NCBI GenBank assembly: GCA_965287045.1 | Contig: OZ336870.1 | Location: forward strand, 158,286,001-158,350,000 | Length of the DNA stretch: 64,000 bases | Source: Carcharhinus amblyrhynchos | Lineage: Eukaryota | Direction of reading: 5' to 3' | Shown here: one piece after another, positions 48,785-58,227 of the stretch | Layout of the letters: every line of letters starts with the position of its first letter | How positions within the stretch are numbered: the first letter of the stretch is position 1 | The notes under the pieces: generated by a model | Seen by the model: only the letters and a program-made list of their open reading frames with translations | The model's database searches: none | What the model was told of the DNA's origin: nothing | Program-made: the position numbers and the translations under genes

Positions 48785-49273
48785 CATGATGTGGAAATGC
48801 CGCCGTTCGACTGGGGTAAACACAGTAAGAAGTCTGACAACACCAGGTTTAAGTCCAACCGATTTATTTGATAGTAAACTCGCAAGCTTTCGGGGTTTCT
48901 CCTTCGTCAGGTGAATGGAGAGTTCTGGCCTCAGACAGAGCATATAACAGCACAGACAGTTTACAGATTACTGATTAGAATGCGAGTCTTTACACCTAAC
49001 CTGCTATTCAAGTCTTAAAGAGGCCAACAATGTGAGTGGAAGGAGCATTAAGAGATGTGTATTGTCTCCAGACAGTACAGTAAGTGAGGTTTAGCAAACC
49101 CAGGCAAGTCACGGGGGTTACAGATAGTGCAACATGAACCCAAGATCCCTGTTGAGACTGTCCTCATGTGTGCGGAAAATGGCTATCAGTCTCTGCTCAG
49201 CAACTCTGTGCTGTCGTGTATCATGAAGGCTGCCTTGGAGAATGCTTACCCGAAGGTCAGAGGCCGAATGCCC
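48785..49273 (-). mobile_element. Penelope-like element family 1, 3' end (GIY-YIG C-terminus, UTR, hammerhead, terminal repeat)
   Basis: Minus strand 49273-49125 translates GHSASDLRVSILQGSLHDTRQHRVAEQRLIAIFRTHEDSLNRDLGFMLHY; the terminal ~130 bp equal the arms of the palindromic elements. Confidence 0.88.
48881..48913 (-). ncRNA. Minimal hammerhead ribozyme motif
   Basis: CAC-CTGACGA-A-GGAG-AAA-CCCC-GAA-AGCT-T-GCG; core nucleotides intact, one mismatch each in stems I and II. Confidence 0.72.
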
Positions 49274-49766
49274 ATGAACTGGAACATCAGGACCCTAATG
49301 GGGAACCCCAACAATGACAAACCATCATTGTGTACTGCGACTGTTTCCTAGAATCTCAGGTTGAGCATTGGTTTCCTCAGTCACCTGAGATTCATTCTTA
49401 GTGTAGAAGCAAGTCATTCTCAACTCTGCGAGACTGCCTAAGAAGAGAAGTTCCTGGTAAAAATGAGGGGGGGAATGTCAAGAATTATCACCTGAAAAGT
49501 AGGTTGTATGTGTAACAAGGACAGCTGCAGTGCTAGATCTAGTTCTGAGTCTTCTTTTATATGGTTTGAGGGGCAGAAATTGATGTCGCAGTTTTAATGT
49601 TAAGTTCCCTAACCAATCCAATGCTCTACTGGAGAGCAAATGGAACTCCAGGATTCAAACTGGAGTTGAGGGCCAGATGTGCTTTGGTTAGGGTTTCTGC
49701 AGTGGTGGCCTGAGAAGATTATGAAGGACCACTTGTATAACAGCTGACCACAATGGCCAACAGCTA

Positions 49767-50060
49767 TTTTTTTAAAATTTTATTCCAATCCAATCCAATT
49801 CAGAGTCCCAACAAGTTGAGACATTCCTGATCCAAGCTGACAAGACAGGGCTCTCACCTCCTGTCTTGGGCTTGATCTACATGATCCAAGCTGATTGGAG
49901 TAGGTGTAGTTCCTCCTCCAAGGCTTGATCTTATTTGCATCTTAGCCAAAAGGCCGAGATGCCGCTTTAAAAAATTGCTTCCAATGAAGCTAAAATGTAA
50001 CCAAATGACTTCACCAAAGCACAGCATGTCAATACTACACTTGATCTTAGCCAAAAGGCC
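49767..50060 (-). mobile_element. U2 snRNA-headed SINE-like retroposon
   Basis: Head equals U2 nt 11-39 (50032-50060); second U2 piece, nt 7-27 (49939-49959); AATAAA and short poly(A); 14-bp TSD GGCCA[A/G]CAGCTATT at 49755-49768 and 50057-50070. Confidence 0.8.
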
Positions 50061-51912
50061 AGCAGCTATTCTATTGAGCGCTGTCCACATGCACCAGGGG
50101 AACTGAAGCCTGGTTGTAGAGATGTTGAATGGGTGAAACATTCCCATCCCATTCATGGTGGGCTTGGTGATTTGTGGGAGCAGAGAATCTGGCAGGGGTG
50201 AAAATGGCAGAAACCTGTCGGTGTGAAATCATGCTGTAATGCTCCCATTGATAGATTAATCATGGGTTCTTGTTCCTGCTGACCTGAACACAATTTGCAT
50301 TCATTTGCATCTCATGAATGCTCATTAAAACTGCTGTCCCATCAGTATTCCATCTTGCCTTCCAAGCCAGCATGGAATTACATTGGCGTGAAAACCGATT
50401 GGTGAAGAGTGGCATGCACAAGGCGATCCTCGATCCAATTCATGACACTTCGAGGTGAGGGCAACAAGGTCTCTCTGCCCTGTTGCTGCACTCACTGATC
50501 TTGATGTGCTGTACACCACTATGCTGGGGTACACTGGTTTTTCTCCTCTAAGTCCCTACTGAATGGCCTTCACAGACAGCACCATGCTGTTGAACCCACG
50601 GGCCCTTCTGTGTCATCAAGTCAGATCAGTATCGTGCCCGGGTTGGGAGAATACAGAGGTCTCCTTCCCCATTGTGCCACATACTGGTGTCTAGCTAGAC
50701 AGCACTGAATCGAGGAACGTCTTTCTTTTTGAATCTGCTCGCCTTTTTTCCCTCGGGTTGCTGACAACCTGCACAGTCTGGTGAAGACAGGTGGGCTGGT
50801 GAGAGTGATATGAGTGAGCTGGATTGGTGTTTATATATGGCGCTGGGAACCTTTGACAGTGACTGGACGAATAGCAATTCATCAGGGTGCATAATTAATG
50901 TGGTTCAAGAGCCACTTAGTTTCAAAAATTGAGAATTTTTCCCAGCGAATTAATTTGGGAGGGTGTTTTCTGCCCAAGCTTTCCTCCACGTTTCATCAAT
51001 GCTATGGAGTTGGAAAATGTTCAATTAATGTCGGTGGGGGTGGGGGTCGGAGTGGGGGGGGGGGGGTGGTGGAGCTGCATAGACCTATGTGAGAAGTTGA
51101 GGGCCTTAAAGATCTTAATGGACGGGCAGGTGTAAGTTGCTGCTGATATGAGTTAGTCCCCTGCATGTTGCTGTAGCCAGTCGAATGAAAGGAGGGGAGG
51201 TATTTGAGAGGACTGGTAACCACTGAAGAGTTGATCTCAAGAATTCCAGAAGTTTTGTGCCATCGTCTTCGGTTTAAAAAAAAACATTCTGAGTGTTGAA
51301 GAAGGGCAAGTAGCAAACTGCAAGTAGGACAGTGCATGGAGAATGGTGACTTAACCTAATTAGACTCACTTTGAAAATAAGCAAAGACAAATTGAAGCTT
51401 GAAATAAATCTGTTGGGACTGGAAATTAGCTAATTTCAATGATATATGGAAGCAGGCCTACCCCAGATTGATGGGCAAAAGGAAAGGAGGATCAAATGGC
51501 AAAATAAGTAGTTAGAAATATTAAAATGGCAGAGGAGCATGGTGTAGGTGAAAAACATTCTGACTAAGAGGACCAAAGGGAATATGTCAATATCAGAGAA
51601 GTAATGGGAGTATGTTTGCCTTTGGGTGATTGCGCAAGGTAGATGACATTGGATTCGCTGAACGTCATACACTTTACTTGATTTTCACTTGAAAAATGTG
51701 GCTAATTTACTCAAAATCAAAAGCACTCAGAATGAGTTTGAAAAAGAAGCCCAAGATATGTATAGAGGAGTTTAGAAGAAAATTATGGAAAGGGTGAAAA
51801 GAAAGAAAGGAAAGGAGAGATGAGGAAAGTTAGAATTGGGAGTATGAATCAACGCTATAATTCAATATGTAAGGAAAAAAGCATGAACATATAAAATTAA
51901 AGACAGGGTGAA

Positions 51913-52432
51913 TGGGCAGCATGGTGGCACAATGGTTAGCACTGCTGCCTCAGCGCCAGGGACCCGGGTTCGATTCTCGACTTGGGTCACAGTCTATGCG
52001 GAATCTGCATGTTCTCTCCTTGTCTGCATGGGTTTCTTTCAGGTGGTCTAGCTTCTTGCCGCAGTCCAAAAGATGTGCATTGGCTATGCTAAATTCTCCC
52101 TCAGAGTATCCAAACAGGTGCTGGAGTGTGGTGACTTGGGGAGTTTCACAGTAACTTCATTGCTGTGTTAATGTAGTCATGATGTGGAGTTGCTGGCGTT
52201 GGACTGGGGTAGGTACAGTAAAGTGATCTCACAACACCAGGTTAAAGTCTGACAGGTTTATTTGGTAGCACTAGCTTTTGGAGCGCCACTCTTTCATCAG
52301 GTGAGTGCTGATAAAGGAACGTCACTCTGAAAGCTCATTCTGTCAAATAAACCTATTGGACATTAACCTGATGTTGTGAGATTACTTACTTTGTTAATGT
52401 AAGCTTACTTGTGACACTAATGAATAAATAAA
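51913..52432 (+). mobile_element. V-SINE with tail B, interrupted by a Penelope palindrome
   Basis: Tail B is broken at TGTTAATGTA and resumes at 52392. Confidence 0.87.
52176..52391. mobile_element. Palindromic Penelope family-1 mini-element with TSD
   Basis: Inverted arms; perfect TSD TGTTAATGTA at 52166-52175 and 52392-52401; minus-strand CAC-CTGATGA-AAGAGTGGCGCTCC-AAAAGCTA-GTG at 52269-52303. Confidence 0.88.
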
Positions 52433-53006
52433 GATCATGTAAAGATGACATGTAGAATGTCAAAAGGTAAATATTGATTTATTACTGTCATATGCATTAA
52501 CATAAAGTGAAAAATATTGTTTCTTACACACTATACAGACAAAGGATATTGAAAAAGGCACAGGAATTTTCACTGGTTGGTGGGGGCAGGATTGGGGTGG
52601 TGCATATCTGAAATTTCCCCCACAGTTGGTGTGCTGGTTTGGTAGCATGGTCCAACCTCTAGCCTTATTGGAACAGGCTGGGTTGAGGGATAAATGGCTA
52701 CCTGTCCTCAAATGTTGGGTAGATAGGAAAACCTATTATGGGGCTTAAAAAGGCCCCTCTCCTACGTCAGTTGGTAGATGAGCCCGCAAGAGCTGCCAGC
52801 AAATCTGATTGGCCAGCAGCTCTTTGGTCTCAGCAGCGCCTAAGACAAGTAGTGGTCACTGCTGGGATTGCAAGTAGAGAAGAAAGAAGATGTCACCCTG
52901 GCTTAAAGGTCTCACAACACCAGGTTAGAGTCCAACCAGTTTATTTGATAGTGGTCAACTAACTGGTCAGCTAGACCACTAACTGGTTGGACTCTAACCT
53001 GGTGTT

Positions 53007-54026
53007 GTGAGACTTCTTACTGTGTTTACCCCAGTCCAACGCTGGCAGAGAGTGGGGGTTAATGGGTGCTATTCGGATTGGCGGTTGGTGACTAGTGGAG
53101 TGCCCCAGGGGTCGGTGCTGGGGCCTCAGCTTTTTACTATTTATATAGATGATCTGGAGGAGGGAACCGAGTGTATGGTGTCGAAATTTGCTGATGACAC
53201 CAAGATTGGTGGAACGGCAAATTGCGCGGAGGGTGTGGAGAGTCTGCAGAAGGATCTAGATAGGCTGGGCGAATGGGCCAGGAACTGGCAAACGGAATTT
53301 ACTGTTGGCAAGTGCGAGGTGGTCCACTTTGGTAGGAATAATGGTAGGAAGGACTATTACTTACGTGGTGAAAAACTGCAGCAGGCGATGGTGCAGAGGG
53401 ACCTCGGGGTCCTTGTGCATGAGTCGCAAAAACCCAGCTTGCAGGTGCATCAGGTGGTCAGGAAGGCGAATGGGATGCTGGCCTTCATAGCGAGGGGGAT
53501 TGGATATAAAAGTAGGGAGGTCTTGCTGCAGCTGTATAGGGCACTGGTGATGCCGCAGCTGGAGTACTGTGTGCAGTTTTGGTCGCCGCACATACACAAG
53601 GATATTTTGGCCTTGGAGGGAGTGCAGAGGTGGTTTACTAGGCTGATGCTGGAGTTGAGGGGGTTGAGCTATGAGGAGAGGCTGAATAAACTAGGCTTGT
53701 ACTCGTTAGAGTTTAGAAGAATGAGGGGAGATCTCATTGAAACATATAAGATGATGAATGGGATGGATAGGATAGAGGTGGAGAGACTCTTCCCGCTCAG
53801 AAAGGACAGTAGGACTAGGGGGCACAGCCTCAAGATAAAGGGGGGGCGGTTTAGAACGGAGTTGAGGAGGAACTTCTTCACTCAAAGGGTGGTGAATCTC
53901 TGGAATTCTCTGCCCGTTGAAGTGGTGGAGGCTGCCTCGCTAAATATTTTTAAGACGCGGGTTGATAGGTTTTTGGTAGGCAAGGGGATTAAGGGTTATG
54001 GGGAGAGGGTGGGAATGTGGAACTGA
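53007..54026 (+). CDS. Uninterrupted but 5'-truncated CR1 ORF2 (reverse transcriptase C-terminal part); the first ~13 codons come from the Penelope tail
   Basis: GVPQGSVLGP, SKFADDTKIGG, LYRALVMPQLEYCVQFWSP, RMRGDLIETYK, RNFFTQRVVNLWNSLP; no stops over 339 codons; no true ATG start, so not a host gene. Confidence 0.7.
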   Translation: MRLLTVFTPVQRWQRVGVNGCYSDWRLVTSGVPQGSVLGPQLFTIYIDDLEEGTECMVSKFADDTKIGGTANCAEGVESLQKDLDRLGEWARNWQTEFTVGKCEVVHFGRNNGRKDYYLRGEKLQQAMVQRDLGVLVHESQKPSLQVHQVVRKANGMLAFIARGIGYKSREVLLQLYRALVMPQLEYCVQFWSPHIHKDILALEGVQRWFTRLMLELRGLSYEERLNKLGLYSLEFRRMRGDLIETYKMMNGMDRIEVERLFPLRKDSRTRGHSLKIKGGRFRTELRRNFFTQRVVNLWNSLPVEVVEAASLNIFKTRVDRFLVGKGIKGYGERVGMWN

Positions 54027-54121
54027 GCCACGACAGATCAGCCATGATCTTATTGAATGGCGGGGCAGGCTCGAAGGGCTAGAAGGCCTACTCCTGCTCC
54101 TATTTCTTATGTTCTTATGTT
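53048..54121 (+). mobile_element. Young CR1 LINE, 5'-truncated
   Basis: Intact frame, CpG-rich, 3' UTR ending (TTCTTATG)n. Confidence 0.95.
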
Positions 54122-54811
54122 CATCTCTACATCATTAAAGGTAAAAGTCCAAGGATTTTGTTTGAGGAGAGAGTGGAGACCCTAGAGAGGGACAGGGGGA
54201 AGGGAAGATGGGGGGAAAAGAGTTGAGTTTTCAAGGCCGGGCAGGAAGGCACAATGAAAGTGAAGCATCCTGTAAGGGGCGCCACTGATGGATACAGATG
54301 ACTCCCTAAAGGCGGTATATCCCCTACTTTTCCACGTTTACCTGTGCTTTGACATTTTCCAGGCTGCCTGTTTTCCTTCCGCCTTCCCCAGCCCCATTTA
54401 TGGCAGAGGCAGAATAAGGTCCCTGTGTGGCCATTAATTAAAATTGAACTGCACATGTGGATGCCAGGAGTTGTTGTCAAAGTTACTATGATAAAGGTTA
54501 GCGCTGCTCAGCTCATTTGTTATGAGAGCAAAGTCCAGGCTATTGAAGTAAACTGCAACTGGAGCAGTAAGTGAAATCCTCTGCTCCACATTTACAGCAA
54601 TGAAGGTAGGCCCATGAAAGGGGGTGCAGCAAAAGTTCATTAGGATTTTACTAGGAGTGAGAGGTTATGAAGAAATGTGTAAATAACTGAACCATTTTCC
54701 AACATCGTAGGAAAAATTCTGGATGGATCTCATCAAAATTTTCAAACCATTGAGGGGTTAGCTAGTTAAAGATGAATTAACCATTATAAAGGAGTACAGG
54801 AAAGAGATAGA

Positions 54812-55583
54812 GAATCTGGTGAACTGGTGCAACGAAAATAATTTCTCCCTTTATGTCAACAAAACGGAGATAGCCATTGAATTCAGGAAGCATAGTGGAG
54901 GACATGCTCCTGTCTACATCAATGGGGATGAAGTAGAAATGGTCGAGGGCTTCATGTTTTTAGGTGTCCAGACCACCACCAACTTGTCCTTTTCCCACCA
55001 TGCTGACACTATAGTTAAGAAAGCCCACCAATGCCTCTACTTTCTCAGAAGGCTAAGAAAATTTGGCATGTCCACGACAACTCTCACCAACTTTGCAGAT
55101 GCACCATAGAAAGCATAAAAAGTATCACAGCTTGGTATGGCTCCTGCTCTGTCCAAGATTGCAAGAAACTACAAAGGGTCATAAATGAGGCCAAATCCAT
55201 CACTCAAACCAGCCTCCCATCCAGTGACTTTGTCCACACTTCCCGCTACCTCGGAAAAACAGCCAGCATAATTAAGGACCCCACACGCCCTGGACATTCT
55301 CTCTTCCACTTTCTTCCTTTGGGACAAAGATACAAGAGTCTGAGGTCACGTACCAACCAACTCAGGAACAACTTTTTCCCTGCTGCCATCAAACTTTTGA
55401 ATGGACCTATCTTGCATTAGGTTGATCTTTCTCTACACCCTAGCTATGACTAACACTACATTCCGCACTCGCTCCTCTCCTTCTCTATGTACGATATGCT
55501 TTGTCTGTATAGTGTGCACGAAACAGTACTTTTCACCGTATACTGATACATGTGATAATAATAAATCAAATCAAATCAAATAA
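54812..55583 (+). mobile_element. Rex1/Babar-like LINE 3' fragment
   Basis: NWCNENNFSLYVNKT…FLGV…KKAHQCLYFLRRLRKFG; ITAWYGSCS…KKLQRVI…NNFFPAAIKLLN; (TCAAA)n tail. Confidence 0.88.
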
Positions 55584-56379
55584 ACTATCAGTTACAAAGA
55601 GAAAGAGATTTGGGATTTTCCTGTGAAGAATGAAGAAAGTCTGTGAAGACACTTTTCACAGAAATGCTTAGTGGAACATGCGATGCTTCACTACAGGTGA
55701 AGTAGGCACTATTGGAATGTGGAAAAGATGTATTCAGAAGGATATAGTGAAAAGATGAATAGTATTGAAGCAGATAGCTCCATTTAAAGAGTTACATTAG
55801 TGATGAAAGAGAAACTGAATGGATACCTACTATTCCATAAATTTTATGATTCTGTAGATTCTTCAACAGTTCAGAGGCTGTGTGTGTATCCTTAATTTAG
55901 AGTCAGTTATAGTGGCTACGCACATCCTCTAATTTGCTGTTGAGTTGCACAATTACTTAGCAGCCTACAGTCCGCGTGTCTGTTGTAATCCCTCCACAAT
56001 CTATGCTGGCGCCTTGGGAATCCAATAAGTTATGATTTTGTGGTGGTCTCTGTGATGTTCAATTGTTTTTTTCAAAATTATTGGCACGCTGGATTCAATT
56101 TGTTCAACAAGAAATCATTTTTCTGAAGGATAAAATCAATAAGCCACAGGACATACCCAAAGTAGTATTTTTAATGGGCTATGATTACGCGATTAATCAT
56201 CAAGAAATGATAGATACTGTAGCCAGTAGCACAGAGTTAAATATGACCAGTGCTGTTAATGTGGGACCCATGCCAGATGTTCCCTGTTCTTGTGCTTGTG
56301 TGTTGATGATCAACTGTATGGAGCACATAATGGAAAATTGAGCATGCAGATTTTACACCATGACCAGAATCTGACTAAT

Positions 56380-56657
56380 TCATAGATCATAGAGATCATA
56401 GGATTCCTGCATTGCAGAAGGAGGCCATTCACCCCATCGAGCCTGCACTGACAACAATCCCACCCTATTCCCTAACCCCATGTATTTACCTTGCTAGTCC
56501 CCCTGACACTAAGGGACAATTTAGCGTAGCCAATCTACATAACCCACACATCTTTGGAGTGTAGGAGGCAACCAGAGCACCCGGGGGAAACCCACATAGA
56601 CACAGGGAGAATGTGCAAACTCCACACAGACAGTTACCTGAGGCCAGAATTGAACCA
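56380..56657 (-). mobile_element. HE1/V-SINE
   Basis: Reverse copy lacking the extreme head. Confidence 0.85.
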
Positions 56658-57009
56658 TTTAAATTAATAGCCACAAAATGAGACAGGCTCCATTCTAAGG
56701 TGGTTAAGATGGTTAATCGGAGCCTGTGGTCTCGAGCTACTTGTTGGTGAAATTGGGAAACCAACACAATTTAGGTGCAGTAAGGGGCCTGCAGCAAAGA
56801 TGAAGGCCTGAAGCTCACTGCAAGTTTGGCTATACCCATAAGATACCAGCCAATTGAGCATACCAATACAGCTTTCTGGTTGGGCATCTTCTCCAAATTT
56901 GGGTGGCTTGCAAGTAGGTAAGAACTGGGGGAGGGGTGGTGTGTGAAATGGGAGGGAATCGAGAATAATATGCATTGCTGCAGATCCACAATTTAAAAAA
57001 AAAAATTGG

Positions 57010-57740
57010 TGGAACATGGGTGTCGTTGGCTGGCTGGCCAGCGTTTATTGCCCATCCCTAGTTGCCCTTGAGAAGGTGGTGGTGAGCTGCCTTCTTGAAT
57101 CGCTGCAGTCCACGTGCTGCGGGTTGACCCACAATGCGGCTAGGGTGCAATTCCAGGATTGTGACCCAGCAACTGCGAAGGAATGGCAATACATTTCCAA
57201 GTCAGGTTGGAGGGGAACTTGCAAGTGGTGGAGTTCCCATGTATCTGTTACTCTTGTCCTTGTAGATGGAAGTGGCTATGTGTTTGGAAGGTGCTGTCTA
57301 AGGATCATTGATGAATTCCTGCAGTGTATCTTGTAGATAGTACACACCGTTGCCACTGAGCGTCGGAGGTGAGAGGAGTGGACGTTTGTAGATGTCAATC
57401 AAGTGGGCTGTCCTGGATAATGTCAAGCTTCTTGAATGTTGTTGGAGCTGCACCCATTCAGGGAGTATTCCATCACACTCCTAGATGGGGGACAGGCTTT
57501 GGGGAGTTAAGAGGTGAGTTACTCGCTGCAGTATTCCTTCGCCTCTGACCTGCTCTTGTAGTTACTGTGTTTATTAGGTGAGTCCAGTTGAGCTTCTGGT
57601 CAATGGTAAGCCCAAGGATGTTGACGGTGAGCAATTCAGTGATGGTAACACCATTGAACGTCAAGGGGTGGTGGTTAGACTGTTTCTTATTGGTGATGGC
57701 CATTGCCTGGCATTTGTGTGGCATGAATGTTACTTGCTAC
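57010..57740 (-). mobile_element. CR1/L2-superfamily LINE 3' fragment
   Basis: PHKCQAMAITNKKQSNHHPLTFNGVTIT…NILGLTIDQKLNW (post-RT region) and the shared tail. Confidence 0.85.
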
Positions 57741-57793
57741 TTATTAGCACTCCTGCTTCTCCTGGCTCCACATTAAAAGATGAAAATTTACCG

Positions 57794-57918
57794 CAGCTCT
57801 GAAGAAGTCTCGTTGGACTCTGTTTTTTGTCCACAAATGCTGTTACATTTGCTGAATTTTTTCAGCATTTTTTTGTTTTTATTTCAGAATTCTAGCATCT
57901 GCAGTATTTTGCTTTTAT
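57794..57918 (+). mobile_element. Penelope family-2 terminal piece
   Basis: AGCTCTGAAGAAGTC…GGACTC…CCACAAATGCTG…CAGCATCTGCAGTATTTTGCTTTT. Confidence 0.6.
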
Positions 57919-58227
57919 GGAAATTTACCCCTGGTTTTGTGATGCCCAGTTATCCTTTTATGGCCTGTTGGTTAGGCTAGTATAAAATGATTAACCTAAA
58001 TGGAACACATACTTGCTATGCCCAATTGTTACTGACTTGGTCACCTGAAAATAGACATTCAATCTTCAACCTCTGATTAGCTTATTCATCAGCTTTGTAC
58101 TTTGGAGTTTTTACAAGGACTAATTTTTATAACATGAACAACTCCAGTAAATCTTTCCATTCAAATGTATAATTATTGTAAGATGATTTCACAAAACTTT
58201 TCCGCACATACTCTGGATGACATTATA

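Larger units (their letters stand above)
52909..54134. mobile_element. Palindromic Penelope family-1 mini-element (centre replaced, no hammerhead) split by a CR1 insertion
   Basis: Perfect 33-bp inverted repeat (52909-52941 and 52981-53013); tail continues to GCTGGCA (53047) and resumes CATCTCTACATCA (54122-54134); TSD TTAAAGGT at 52903-52910 and 54135-54142. Confidence 0.85.

Noticed and set aside
49939-50060. Functional U2 snRNA gene
   Set aside because: Only 5' fragments are present; no Sm site or 3' stem-loops, and the fragments sit inside a TSD-flanked insertion.
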